Notes under the pieces: model-generated
What the model saw: only the letters and a program-made list of their open reading frames with translations
What the model was told of the DNA's origin: nothing
Databases searched by the model: none
Program-made: the position numbers and the translations under genes
Shown: positions 7,117 to 18,887 of the stretch, piece after piece
Numbering within the stretch: the stretch's first letter is position 1
How the letters are laid out: each line of letters starts with the position of its first letter
From: Elusimicrobia bacterium GWA2_62_23
GTDB lineage: Bacteria > Elusimicrobiota > Elusimicrobia > Elusimicrobiales > UBA9959
Direction of reading: 5' to 3'
Assembly: GCA_001799635.1 (NCBI GenBank)
Contig: MGTV01000029.1
Span: 1,309-65,308 of the forward strand
Length of the DNA: 64,000 nucleotides

Positions 7117-8166
7117 GTGAACGCCGGTGAGTGGAAGGAAAAACTGTCCGCAATACGGGACAGTTTTTCCGTTTCTATAGCCAAAAAACCCGCCGATAAC
7201 CCGGAGGCCCTGGAGCTGCGCTTCCTCGGCCGCAAGGGCGAGCTGGCGCTGTTGCTGCGGGACCTCAAGGATATCCCGCTCGAAGAGCGCAAGCCGCTAG
7301 GCGCGCTGGGCAATACCGCCAAGCAGGAAATGGAGGCGAAGCTCGCCGAGCTCAAGGGCGCCGCCCCCGCGGCCGGCCCCGCCGCCGCGCCCGGCCTGGA
7401 CCTGACCCTGCCCGGTACGCCCTTCCCCAAGGGCAGCCTGCACCCGCTTACCCACGTGATGAACCGCCTGGCCGAGGCCTTCCTCAAGCTCGGCTTCACC
7501 ATGAGCGACGGGCCGCTGGTGGAGGACGACTACCATAATTTCGAGGCGCTGAACTTCCCTCCGTTCCATCCCGCGCGCGACATGCAGGATACGTTCTACG
7601 TGGACGCCAAGGACGCCGCCGGCAAGTTCATGCTGCTGCGCACCCACACCTCCCCGGTGCAGATCCGCTCCATGGAGAAGACCGAGCCGCCCATCCGCGT
7701 GTTCCACACCGGGCGCGTGTTCCGCTCCGAGGCCGTGGACGCCAGCCACTCTTTCGCCTTCCACCAGATAGAAGGCCTCTACGTGGACAAGGGCGTGAGC
7801 ATGGCGGACCTGAAGTGGACCGCCGACGCCTTCATGAAGGACCTGTTCGGCTCCGGCGTGAAGACCCGCTTCAACCCGTCCTACTTCCCCTTCGTGGAAC
7901 CGGGCGCCGAAGTGGACATGAGCTGCGTTTTCTGCAAGACCGGCGCCGGGCGCTGCCCCGTCTGTAAAGGCACCGGCTGGCTGGAACTGATGGGCGCCGG
8001 CATGGTGCACCCCAACGTGCTGAAAGGCTGCAAGTACGATCCCGAAAAGTGGAGCGGCTTCGCCTTCGGTGGCGGCATAGAGCGCTTCGCCATGCTGCTC
8101 TACGGCATCAGCGACATGCGCATGCTCTACGAGAACGATCTCCGCGTATTGAAGCAGGTACAGTAA
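7117..8166 (+). CDS. pheS: Phenylalanine--tRNA ligase alpha subunit
   Basis: HPLTHV, FPPFHPARDMQDTFY, LLRTHTSPVQIR and GAGMVHPNVL motifs. GTG start. Confidence 0.95.
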   Translation: MNAGEWKEKLSAIRDSFSVSIAKKPADNPEALELRFLGRKGELALLLRDLKDIPLEERKPLGALGNTAKQEMEAKLAELKGAAPAAGPAAAPGLDLTLPGTPFPKGSLHPLTHVMNRLAEAFLKLGFTMSDGPLVEDDYHNFEALNFPPFHPARDMQDTFYVDAKDAAGKFMLLRTHTSPVQIRSMEKTEPPIRVFHTGRVFRSEAVDASHSFAFHQIEGLYVDKGVSMADLKWTADAFMKDLFGSGVKTRFNPSYFPFVEPGAEVDMSCVFCKTGAGRCPVCKGTGWLELMGAGMVHPNVLKGCKYDPEKWSGFAFGGGIERFAMLLYGISDMRMLYENDLRVLKQVQ

Positions 8167-10553
8167 TGAAAATACTCTATTCCTGGCTCTCCGATTTCAT
8201 CGAGAACCCTCCCGCGCCGGAAGACCTGTCGGCTAAGCTCTGCCGCATAGGCCTGAAGGTGGAGGAACTGCACAAGACCGGCGTGTCTTTTACCGGCGTG
8301 TGCGTGGGCCGGATAGAGAAGATAGACAAGCACCCCAACGCCGACAAGCTGGCGCTGGTGGACGTGAACGACGGCCGGGGCGTCATGCGCGTGGTCTGCG
8401 GCGCCAAGAACATAGCCGTGGGCCAGCATATCCCTTTCGCCAAGGTGGGCGCCATGCTCGCCGAGGGCGAGCTGAAGAAGGCCAAGATCCGCGGCGTGGA
8501 AAGCGAAGGCATGATCTGTTCCGCCGGCGAGCTGGGCCTGGAGGGCTACGACAATTCCGGCATCCTGGTGCTGGACCCCGGCACGCAGCTCGGTTCCGAC
8601 GCGGCCGCCCTTTTCCCCAAGGCCGATTACGTAATGGAAGTGGAGATGCTGCCCAACCAGGGTTACTGCCTCTCCCATTACGCGCTGGCCCGTGAACTTT
8701 CCGTTTTCTACGGCCTGAAGCTCAAGGACGCCTCCGTTTTCCAGGGCGAAGCCCGCGGCGAGACGGTGCCGGTGGAAGTGAAAGCGCCGGACCTCTGCAC
8801 CCGCTACACCGCCCTGGTCCTCAAGGGCGTGAAGAACGCCAGGACCCCCGAGTGGATGGGCGCGCGCCTGCGCGCCATGGGCTCCAATCCCAAGGGCAAT
8901 ATCCTTATAGACGGCTCCAACTACGTCATGTACGAGCTGGGCCAGCCCACGCACTGCTTCGATATCTCCCAGCTTTCCGGCCCCAAGATCATAGTCCGCC
9001 GCGCCCTGGCCGGCGAGATGATGAAGACCCTGGACGGCCAGGCGCTCAAGCTGGACCCGGGGATGCTCGTGATAGCCGATTCCTCCAAGCCCGTGGCCCT
9101 GGCCGGCGTGATGGGCGGCGCCTATTCTGCCGTTTCCGACGCCACCGAGGCGATACTCATAGAATCCGCCCGCTTTAACCCGCCGACCGTGCGGCAGGCA
9201 TCCAAGACCACCGGCATAAAGAGCGAGTCTTCCTACCGCTTCGAACGCGGCACCGACCCGGAGCTGACCCTGAAGGCCGCCCGGCGCCTGGCCGGCCTCA
9301 TCCTCGAGGCCGCGTCCGGGGCGAAGGTGGAGCAGATCAGCGACGTCTGCCCGGTGAAGTACCAGCCGCCGGTGGTGGAAGTGGCCCCGGCCAAGGTCAA
9401 CGCCATCCTCGGCACCGGCATCGCCGACGGCGAGATCTACGCCTGCCTGAAAGCTTTCCAGCCCGACCTCAGGGATTCCAAGCCCTGGAAGTTCTCCGTG
9501 CCTTCCTACCGGCAGGACATAGAGAGCGTCTGGGACGTGGCCGAAGAAGTGGCCCGCTATATCGGCTACGACGTGATCCCGTCCGTTTCGCACATGCCCA
9601 TGCTGCCGTCCACCGTGACCCCTCATTGGACGGCCGTCTCCGAACTGAAGACCGCGCTGGCCTCGCTCGGCTTCAGCGAAGCCTATAACTACGATTTCGT
9701 CTCCGCCAAGGAACTGAAGCTCTGCGGCCTGGCCCCGGAGGCGGCGCTGGAAGTGAAGAACCCGCTGTCGCTGGATTTCCAGTATCTGCGGCCCACGCTG
9801 CTGCCCGGCCTGCTCAAGACGCTGCGCTACAACCTCAACCGCGGCCGCGAGACCGTGCTGATCTTCGAGAGCGGCACCGTTTATTCCCGCAAAGAAGCGG
9901 GCAAGGCCGAGGACGTTCACTGCTCCGGCCTGCTGTACGGGGATTTCCCCGAAGGCGGGTCCTGGAAGGGCGGCGCCGGCAAAGCGGATTTCTACGCCCT
10001 CAAGGGCGTGATGGGCAGGCTCTTCTCCGGCAAGGGCGGTTTCCGCTACGAGAAGGCGAAGAAAGCCCCGTCCTATTTCCAGGCCGGCATGTGCCTGGAG
10101 ATGCGCCTGGGCGCCTCTTCGGCCGGCTATATAGGCAAGCTGAGCCGCGAAGCGGCCGCCGCGGCCGACCTGAAGGACGACAACGTTTTCCTGTTCGAGA
10201 TCCCGCTGGCCTGCGTGGCCCAGGCTGGCAAGACCGAGTTCTGGCAGAAGATCGTGAAGATAAAGCCGGTGTCGGCCTTCCCGCAGAACTGGCGCGACCT
10301 GTCCGTGGTGCTCGAAGAAAAGCACGAGTGGGGGGAGCTGGAACGGGCTTTCTCCGGCGTGCAGGACCTCGCGAGCGTGCGGCTGGTGGACGTTTACAAG
10401 GGCAAGAATATCCCCGCCGGCTTCCGCAGCCTGAGCATACGCTTTACCTTCTCCTCCGCGGAGAAGACCCTCAACGACGCCGAGGTGGGCGCCAGGATGA
10501 CCTCCATCCTGGACAAGCTCTCCAAGAACTTCGGCGCCAAGCTGCGCGCCTGA
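8166..10553 (+). CDS. pheT: Phenylalanine--tRNA ligase beta subunit
   Basis: MKILYSWLSDF N-terminus, tRNA-binding domain (KHPNADKL), B3/4 and B5 regions. The ATG overlaps the pheS stop by 1 nt. Confidence 0.95.
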   Translation: MKILYSWLSDFIENPPAPEDLSAKLCRIGLKVEELHKTGVSFTGVCVGRIEKIDKHPNADKLALVDVNDGRGVMRVVCGAKNIAVGQHIPFAKVGAMLAEGELKKAKIRGVESEGMICSAGELGLEGYDNSGILVLDPGTQLGSDAAALFPKADYVMEVEMLPNQGYCLSHYALARELSVFYGLKLKDASVFQGEARGETVPVEVKAPDLCTRYTALVLKGVKNARTPEWMGARLRAMGSNPKGNILIDGSNYVMYELGQPTHCFDISQLSGPKIIVRRALAGEMMKTLDGQALKLDPGMLVIADSSKPVALAGVMGGAYSAVSDATEAILIESARFNPPTVRQASKTTGIKSESSYRFERGTDPELTLKAARRLAGLILEAASGAKVEQISDVCPVKYQPPVVEVAPAKVNAILGTGIADGEIYACLKAFQPDLRDSKPWKFSVPSYRQDIESVWDVAEEVARYIGYDVIPSVSHMPMLPSTVTPHWTAVSELKTALASLGFSEAYNYDFVSAKELKLCGLAPEAALEVKNPLSLDFQYLRPTLLPGLLKTLRYNLNRGRETVLIFESGTVYSRKEAGKAEDVHCSGLLYGDFPEGGSWKGGAGKADFYALKGVMGRLFSGKGGFRYEKAKKAPSYFQAGMCLEMRLGASSAGYIGKLSREAAAAADLKDDNVFLFEIPLACVAQAGKTEFWQKIVKIKPVSAFPQNWRDLSVVLEEKHEWGELERAFSGVQDLASVRLVDVYKGKNIPAGFRSLSIRFTFSSAEKTLNDAEVGARMTSILDKLSKNFGAKLRA

Positions 10554-10554
10554 C

Positions 10555-10803
10555 ATGAAGCATAAACTCGAGGGCGTCTGTTCCAAAGAGGTCAGCTTCC
10601 GGGTGGCGGACGGGCGGCTGAAGGGCGTTAAGTTCTTCAAGGGCTGCCCCGGCAACCTGGAGGCGCTGGCCCGGCTGCTGGAAGGCATGCCCGTTAAGGA
10701 TGCCGTGAAAAAGCTCAAAGGCATAACCTGCGGCGACAAAGCCACTTCCTGCTCCGACCAGCTGGCGAAAGTACTGCTGAAGCTGATAAAAACCTCCAAA
10801 TAG
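10555..10803 (+). CDS. TSCPD-domain small protein (TIGR03905-like, 4-Cys)
   Basis: KGCPGNLEALARLLEGMPVKDAVKKLKGITCGDKATSCSDQLAKVL. Confidence 0.7.
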   Translation: MKHKLEGVCSKEVSFRVADGRLKGVKFFKGCPGNLEALARLLEGMPVKDAVKKLKGITCGDKATSCSDQLAKVLLKLIKTSK

Positions 10804-10826
10804 GCCCGCTTCCTTTGCCTTCCCGG

Positions 10827-10853
10827 CCGCCGGCTCGCCGGCGGTTTTTCTTT
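10827..10853 (+). terminator. Intrinsic terminator
   Basis: CCGCCGG-CTCG-CCGGCGG followed by TTTTTCTTT. Confidence 0.7.
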
Positions 10854-10916
10854 GCCGAGGTTGCCAAGCCGAGGGGCATTTGCTAAAAAATACTTAAAGG
10901 CCGGTGGAACGCTATT

Positions 10917-11762
10917 ATGAAAACCAGAAAACTTAAGACGGTGATGAAAGGCAACTGGGTCATGGAGGGCGCCGGAGTAAAGCTCCGCCGCATCTTCGGT
11001 TTTGGCGACACGTCGCTGACCGACCCGTTCCTGCTGCTGGATAATTTCGGCTCGGCCGACCCCGAAGATTACATCGCCGGCTTCCCGTGGCATCCCCACC
11101 GCGGCATGGAGACCATCACCTACATGCTGGAGGGCGAGGTGGAGCACCGCGATTCGCTGGGGAACATGGGCGTGATAAAGGGCGGCCAGGTGCAGTGGAT
11201 GACGGCGGGCTCCGGCATAGTGCACCAGGAGATGCCCAAGGCTTACGAGGGGACCATGCGGGGCTTCCAGCTCTGGGCCAACCTGCCGCGCAAACATAAA
11301 ATGACGCGACCCCGCTACCGCGACATCAGGGCGGGGGACATCCCCGAGGCCAGGGGACCCGGCTGGAGCATGAAGGTGATCTGCGGCGAGTACGCCGGGG
11401 TAAAGGGCCCCGCGGAAGATATCGTGATAGACCCCTGGTACTTCGACGTGAAGGCGGACCCGGGCGCCGAAATAAAACTGGCCACGCGGCCGGAAGACAA
11501 CGTGCTGGTCTGCGTGTTCGAGGGAAAAGGCTATTTTGACAAGGAAAAGGCGCAGCTGGTGGAGCCGGGCCAGGCCGCCCTGCTGGGCGGGGGGGAGACC
11601 CTGTTCTGCGCGGCCTCGGAGGAAGGGGTGCGCTTCATGCTGATGGCCGCCAAACCGCTCGGCGAGCCGGTGGCCTGGCGCGGCCCCATCGTCATGAACA
11701 CCGAGACCGAGCTGAAGGTGGCTTTCGACGAATACCGCAAGGGCACGTTCATAAAGAAATAA
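10917..11762 (+). CDS. Pirin-family protein
   Basis: FPWHPHRGMETITYMLEGEVEHRDSLGN, QWMTAGSGIVHQEMP. Confidence 0.9.
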   Translation: MKTRKLKTVMKGNWVMEGAGVKLRRIFGFGDTSLTDPFLLLDNFGSADPEDYIAGFPWHPHRGMETITYMLEGEVEHRDSLGNMGVIKGGQVQWMTAGSGIVHQEMPKAYEGTMRGFQLWANLPRKHKMTRPRYRDIRAGDIPEARGPGWSMKVICGEYAGVKGPAEDIVIDPWYFDVKADPGAEIKLATRPEDNVLVCVFEGKGYFDKEKAQLVEPGQAALLGGGETLFCAASEEGVRFMLMAAKPLGEPVAWRGPIVMNTETELKVAFDEYRKGTFIKK

Positions 11763-11763
11763 T

Positions 11764-12633
11764 ATGCAAGGCGCCATGTGGCTGATAGGACTGATGCTGG
11801 CCTCAGGCGGGGCCGTGCTGATCTTCGCCTCGCCCCCGGGCATGGCCGTGGCCGGCAGCGCCGGCGTGGGGCTCTGCTGCTCGGGAGGCCTGTTCCTGTT
11901 CGTCGCTTACTATCTCTCTCAGGACCGGGTCCACAAGCTGAACATAGTCAGGACCGGCGCGCTGGCGGGTTCCGCGGCGGCCGCCTTCTCCGGCTTCGTC
12001 ACGGTCATGTATTATCTCGGGTACTCCGAACTGCCCCATGCCCGGCTGTTCAGCGCGCTGGGTTACGCCGGCATAGCGGCCGGGCTGGCGGGAGCGGTTT
12101 ACGGCTACCGCTACCACGTCAACGCGGACCTGCTGGAACTGGCGGCGGCCCTCGGCCTGGCGCCGGCAGACAGCGGCCTGACCAGGCCCGACGGGCGTTA
12201 CGACCTGAAAGGCGTCATGAACGGGGTGGAGGTGCTGCTGGACGGCGCCGATCACGCCGGCGGGAAGGGCCGGCCGCATTCCGTGGGGCTGGACATAAAG
12301 TGCCGCGTGGCCAATTCCTCCGGGGCCTGGATAGCGGCGTATCCGGAAGGGTTCGGGAACAGGCCCCTGGGCTCGCTGCCCGCGGAGACCGGGCCGGTGC
12401 CTTACTGGGACTGGTACACCGTGCGTTCCGAGCCGCCGGACGCCGCCGAAAAACTGATCTCGGCGGCGCGCGGCCGCCCCGACTCAGTATTCCAGGACAA
12501 GTACGGCTTCAAATTTTTGGAACTCAAGGATAAGGAACTTTTCTGCCGTTTCCAGCAGGAGGGTTTTTTCCGGGAGGACTGGGTCCGCCGCTTAGCGGAC
12601 CAGGTTTCCAAACTGGCCGCGTCCATGACCTGA
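11764..12633 (+). CDS. Hypothetical membrane protein (about 4 N-terminal TM helices + soluble C-terminal domain)
   Basis: ORF with coding-like composition and hydrophobic N-terminal third. No family recognised. Confidence 0.45.
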   Translation: MQGAMWLIGLMLASGGAVLIFASPPGMAVAGSAGVGLCCSGGLFLFVAYYLSQDRVHKLNIVRTGALAGSAAAAFSGFVTVMYYLGYSELPHARLFSALGYAGIAAGLAGAVYGYRYHVNADLLELAAALGLAPADSGLTRPDGRYDLKGVMNGVEVLLDGADHAGGKGRPHSVGLDIKCRVANSSGAWIAAYPEGFGNRPLGSLPAETGPVPYWDWYTVRSEPPDAAEKLISAARGRPDSVFQDKYGFKFLELKDKELFCRFQQEGFFREDWVRRLADQVSKLAASMT

Positions 12634-12639
12634 CGCGGG

Positions 12640-13050
12640 CTACTCCCGTATCAGGCCTTTATATATCCAGCCTACGTCGCTCTTGACCAGCAGCAGCGCG
12701 CCACGGATCTTCTCGGCGCGGCCCGCCTTGGGCCCGGTGCCCAGCCTGGCGCTGACGTATTCCAGTTTTGCCAGGTAGGCCTGCGTTTCCTGCGGCCCGC
12801 CGTCCAGCCGCGCCGCTTCCTCCAGCGTAAGCCATTTGACCTCGCTCTCGAAGTTGAGCAGCAGCCCCTTGCCTTCGGGCAGGGCGCGCTCCGCGGCTTC
12901 CAGCTGCCGGAAGTCGAGCACTTCGGCCACGGCCGCCAGGTCCTTTCTGAACCCGCTTTCCGCGGCTACGGACGCCGATTCCGGGCAATTGCAGGCGCAA
13001 AGGCACAGGGCAGCGGCGGCGCAGGCCGCCTGTGTTAATATCGCGTTCAT
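12640..13050 (-). CDS. Hypothetical small exported/lipoprotein-like protein
   Basis: Cys-rich hydrophobic N-terminus MNAILTQAACAAAALCLCACNC. GGGGGA SD upstream. Confidence 0.4.
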   Translation of the reverse strand: MNAILTQAACAAAALCLCACNCPESASVAAESGFRKDLAAVAEVLDFRQLEAAERALPEGKGLLLNFESEVKWLTLEEAARLDGGPQETQAYLAKLEYVSARLGTGPKAGRAEKIRGALLLVKSDVGWIYKGLIRE

Positions 13051-13101
13051 GGTATCCCCCTAACGCTAATAGGGTAATACTTTTTAGCGGCCGAGGCAAA
13101 C

Positions 13102-13137
13102 CTGAAAATGAAGAACCCCGCTTTCGCGGGGTTCTTC
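13102..13137 (-). terminator. Intrinsic terminator of the protease gene
   Basis: GAAGAACCCCGC-GAAA-GCGGGGTTCTTC followed by ATTTTCAGG, read on the minus strand. Confidence 0.65.
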
Positions 13138-13156
13138 GTTGCTGCGTCGCGCCTGT

Positions 13157-14176
13157 TTAGAAGCGGATCTGGCGGGCGAGTTCCTCGGAGGGGGCTCCGA
13201 CTTCGCCTACCTGCATGTCCAGCAGCGTGGGCTCCGATTTGGAGACGCCGAGCCCGGGCACGTACTTGCTCACCTTGGAGATCTTGGTTACGGCCTCGCC
13301 TCTGCCTTCGTTCTGGCCGACCTTGGCCTGGACCTTGCAGCCCTGGGGCGTGTCCACAAAGTCGGTGCCGCCGCGCACCAGCACGCCTTCTATCTTGCCG
13401 GTGGAGGCGTTGAAGACCGCGCTGCCGGAGTTGCCGCCGAAAGTGTCCAGGTCGGTGAGGAAGAAGGCGCGCGGCTTATTGTCGCGCACGGTGCCGCCGC
13501 CGGTGACCTTGAGCGGCAGGCCCACGGGGTGCCCTATCACGAAAACCTTGTCGCCGTTGTTCACTTCGCCGCCGCGGTTGAGGGGTAGGGGCTTGCGGCC
13601 TTCCACTTTGCGGTCCAGCTGGATCACCGCGAAGTCAGGGCCGGCCTTATTAAGGAGGGCGCTGATGATGGCGAGGCCGGTGCCGAAGAGACCGGAACCC
13701 TGCTTGTCCAGGTCGCGCTTGATGATGCGCTTGCAGCCGTAAACGTCGGAGGGCTTGGTGGCGGTGACCGGGGCGGAGCCGCCGGCCTGGCCGATGTTGT
13801 AGCCGAAAACGAACTTGGTGTCGGCGCAGGAGGCCTCGTCGGTGATGCAGTGGCCGGCCGTCAGGACTATGTCCTCGCCTACCAGCGTGCCGGAACAGAA
13901 GGCGCCGATGGGCTGCTCGCGGAACTTCTCGCCCGGGCAGAGGTTGAGGGCGTCGCCGAAGCTGATGGTGGCCAGCATGTAATTGCCGTTCAGTTCCTTG
14001 ACCTGCTTGGAGGGCCAGAGGGAGACCACGGAGTCGGCCAGCCGCTGCATGGCGGCGGGGGCCTCGAAATAGTCGAGCCGGTCGTCGGAGCCGTAAATGC
14101 TCCTGTCGGCGAAAGCCGAGGCCGGGAAGAACAGGGCCGCGGCGAGGATGGAAAAGGACTTGCTGAATTTGCTCAT
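13157..14176 (-). CDS. Secreted trypsin-like (S1 family) serine endopeptidase
   Basis: Signal peptide MSKFSKSFSILAAALFFPASAFA. Catalytic contexts TAGHC, DFAVIQLD and GGNSGSAV. GGAGG SD before the ATG at 14176; the longer track ORF start at 14233 is rejected. Confidence 0.8.
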   Translation of the reverse strand: MSKFSKSFSILAAALFFPASAFADRSIYGSDDRLDYFEAPAAMQRLADSVVSLWPSKQVKELNGNYMLATISFGDALNLCPGEKFREQPIGAFCSGTLVGEDIVLTAGHCITDEASCADTKFVFGYNIGQAGGSAPVTATKPSDVYGCKRIIKRDLDKQGSGLFGTGLAIISALLNKAGPDFAVIQLDRKVEGRKPLPLNRGGEVNNGDKVFVIGHPVGLPLKVTGGGTVRDNKPRAFFLTDLDTFGGNSGSAVFNASTGKIEGVLVRGGTDFVDTPQGCKVQAKVGQNEGRGEAVTKISKVSKYVPGLGVSKSEPTLLDMQVGEVGAPSEELARQIRF

Positions 14177-14234
14177 GGAACCTCCGGTAGTAGACATTAG
14201 ATATATTATTCCTTCTTTAAGGAGGCGCCACAAA

Positions 14235-14269
14235 GGTCCAAGGGCCTTGTATTTGCCGGTCCAAGGGCC
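14235..14269. promoter_or_regulatory. Two 12-nt direct repeats (GGTCCAAGGGCC) spaced 23 nt start-to-start, upstream of the protease gene
   Basis: Exact copies at 14235-14246 and 14258-14269, between the kinase-gene terminator hairpin and the protease start. Confidence 0.3.
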
Positions 14270-14339
14270 CCCATGCCGGTAGGCCCAAAGGAAAGCCCCC
14301 GGTCGCGCCGGGGGCTTTGAACCGGGAGCGGCCGCCTTC

Positions 14340-16568
<2,229 letters not shown>

Positions 16569-16623
16569 AAAGTTGGATGAATGCGACCACGGCGCGGCTT
16601 CCTTTCAAGACCCCCGCAAATAA

Positions 16624-16629
16624 TATAAT
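16624..16629 (+). promoter_or_regulatory. -10 box TATAAT 8 nt upstream of the ATG at 16638 (possible leaderless start)
   Basis: TATAAT at 16624-16629, then ATTGCGCT, then ATG. No SD. Confidence 0.35.
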
Positions 16630-16637
16630 ATTGCGCT

Positions 16638-18812
16638 ATGGGTGAACTATGGCGTTTCAGGGACGAGTGGCTGCTGCGCGGCCTGGCCGCGGCGCCCGGG
16701 GTGACGCCGCAGCTCATAGAGCAGTTCCGCGCCGAAAAACGCAAATTCGTGGCCCACGCCCTCGTAGAGGCCGGGGTGATCACGGCCGGGCAGCTGGTGA
16801 CGACCGGCGAGACCCTTTCCAAAACAAAATATTTCCAGCTGGCCCCGGAACACGTGGATAAGTTCGCGCTTTCGCTGGTGCCCGAAAAGATCTGCCGCAA
16901 GTACGACCTGCTGCCGCTGAACCTGGGGGAAAGCGAGATAAAGGTGGCGATGCTGAACCCCACCGACATGACCGCGCAGGCGGACGTGGAGGCCCTGACC
17001 GGCCGGCGCGTGCTGCCGGTGTTCAGCGCGCCGCGGGAGATAGAGACCTGCCTGGAGCAGCTCTTCAGCGCCGACACGGTCATCTTCGACCTGCTTAACA
17101 AGGTGGAGGCGCCCGACGATATCATGGTGCTGGGCGCCGCCAAGAACTCCGAAAGCCAGGATTCCGCCATCACCTCCCCGGTGATCATGCTGGTGAATTC
17201 CATAATCTCCCAGGCTTACCGCCGGCGTTCCTCCGACATCCACATAGAGCACGAGGAACAGAACAGCCACGTGCGCATCCGCATAGACGGCGAGCTGAAG
17301 AACATCATGAAGCTGCCGCGCCACATAGCTACGGGGCCCGTGGTCTCGCGCATCAAGATCATGTCGGACCTGGACGTATCCAACCATTTCAAGCCCCAGG
17401 ACGGACGCACCAAGATCCGCATCGGCACTGCGGAAGTGGGTTTGCGCGTTTCCACGCTGCCCACCTCTTACGGCGAGAAAGTGGTGATGCGCATCCTGGA
17501 CCAGCGTGCGGCCGAGGTGCCGTTCGAAAAACTGGGTTTCGCCCCCGAAGTGGCCGCCGCCATAGACAAGTGCGCCGCCGCCCCGCAGGGGATCATCCTG
17601 GTGACCGGACCCACCGGCTCCGGCAAGACCACCACGCTTTATTCCGTGCTCAACAAGGTGAAGCAGGAGACCACCAACGTGGTCACCGTGGAAGACCCGA
17701 TAGAGTACAAACTTCCCGGCATCAACCAGGTGCAGGTGAACGAGAAACAGGGTCTCGGCTTCGCGGCCGTGCTGCGCTCGGTGCTGCGCCAGGACCCGGA
17801 CATCATCATGGTCGGCGAGATCCGCGATCATGAGACCGCGGACATCGCCTTCCAGGCGGCCATGACCGGCCACCTGGTGCTGTCCACCCTGCACACCAAC
17901 GATACGGTCTCGACCCTGGCGCGGCTGGTGGACATGGGCGTGGACCGTTTCAAGATCTCGCCCGGCCTGCTGGCCATAACCGCCCAGCGCCTGGTGCGCA
18001 GGCTGTGCCCACTTTGCAAAGCGCCCGTGCCGGAAGCGGAGGCCTCACCGGAGGTCCTCCGGGCCCTCGGAGACCGCGGCCTCGGCAAGGTTTATTACCG
18101 CCCCGCGGGGTGCAAGGCCTGCGAGGGCACCGGTTACGCCGGGCGCACCTCCATAGTGGAGCTGCTGCTGATAGACCCGAAGATCAAGGAACTGATAAAC
18201 GCCGGCGCCCTGGCGGAAGAGATCGTCAGGTCCGGTTCGGCTTCCGGTTCGCTGCGTACCATGTCGCATGACGCGCTCTGGCACCTGGCGACGGGGCAGT
18301 GCGACCTCAGGGAGATAGAGCCGTACCTCGCCCTGGGGAAGCAGGCCGCCGCGCCGCAAAAAGCGCCGCCGGAGACGGTCCATGAGGTTCCCGGCGCCCC
18401 GCCGGCCGCGGCCGCGCGGCCGGAAGGGAAGCCCCGCGTGATGATAGTGGACGACGACAAGATCATGCGGATGCTGCTGAAAAAATTCGTGGAGAACGCC
18501 GGGTACGAGGCCCTGGAGGCCGAGGACGGGGAAGCCGCCCTTACCAAAATAGCGGAGGGCCCCGCCCCTGACCTGCTGGTGTCGGATATCAATATGCCCA
18601 AGATGAACGGCCTTGAGCTGGTGAAGGGCCTGCGCAACACCCTGGGCCTGCTGGACCTGCCCGTGATAATGCTGACCACGGAAAGTTCCGACAAGAGCCA
18701 GGAGCTGGCTTTTCAGCTGGGCGCCGACGATTACGTGATAAAACCCTTCAAGGGCCCGCTGGTGATGGCGCGGATAACGGCCGCCCTGCGGCGGTCCGGG
18801 CGCCTGGGCTGA
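16638..18812 (+). CDS. GspE/PilB-family secretion ATPase fused to a C-terminal response-regulator receiver domain
   Basis: T2SSE N-terminal domain, Walker [17 protein letters not shown], Walker [13 protein letters not shown], His box [12 protein letters not shown], tetra-Cys CPLCK...CKACEGTG. A Pro/Ala linker then leads to the receiver [11 protein letters not shown]...[13 protein letters not shown]...DDYVIKPF. Confidence 0.9.
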   Translation: MGELWRFRDEWLLRGLAAAPGVTPQLIEQFRAEKRKFVAHALVEAGVITAGQLVTTGETLSKTKYFQLAPEHVDKFALSLVPEKICRKYDLLPLNLGESEIKVAMLNPTDMTAQADVEALTGRRVLPVFSAPREIETCLEQLFSADTVIFDLLNKVEAPDDIMVLGAAKNSESQDSAITSPVIMLVNSIISQAYRRRSSDIHIEHEEQNSHVRIRIDGELKNIMKLPRHIATGPVVSRIKIMSDLDVSNHFKPQDGRTKIRIGTAEVGLRVSTLPTSYGEKVVMRILDQRAAEVPFEKLGFAPEVAAAIDKCAAAPQGIILVTGPTGSGKTTTLYSVLNKVKQETTNVVTVEDPIEYKLPGINQVQVNEKQGLGFAAVLRSVLRQDPDIIMVGEIRDHETADIAFQAAMTGHLVLSTLHTNDTVSTLARLVDMGVDRFKISPGLLAITAQRLVRRLCPLCKAPVPEAEASPEVLRALGDRGLGKVYYRPAGCKACEGTGYAGRTSIVELLLIDPKIKELINAGALAEEIVRSGSASGSLRTMSHDALWHLATGQCDLREIEPYLALGKQAAAPQKAPPETVHEVPGAPPAAAARPEGKPRVMIVDDDKIMRMLLKKFVENAGYEALEAEDGEAALTKIAEGPAPDLLVSDINMPKMNGLELVKGLRNTLGLLDLPVIMLTTESSDKSQELAFQLGADDYVIKPFKGPLVMARITAALRRSGRLG

Positions 18813-18831
18813 ATGCTCCGCTCCAGCCTGA

Positions 18832-18870
18832 AAAAATACGCGCCGCTTTAAGCGGCGCGTATCTTTTTTG
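18832..18870. terminator. Bidirectional intrinsic terminator between convergent genes
   Basis: AAAAAATAC-GCGCCGC-TTTAA-GCGGCGC-GTATCTTTTTT. Confidence 0.75.
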
Positions 18871-18887
18871 AGGGGCCGGGAGCGGGG

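Noticed and set aside
8127-11843. 1,238-aa ORF on the minus strand, the longest of its kind in this region
   Set aside because: It runs antisense to pheT, the TSCPD gene and the pirin gene, all of which have strong family signatures. The translation is Gly/Ala/Arg/His-rich low-complexity sequence typical of stop-free antisense frames in high-GC DNA.
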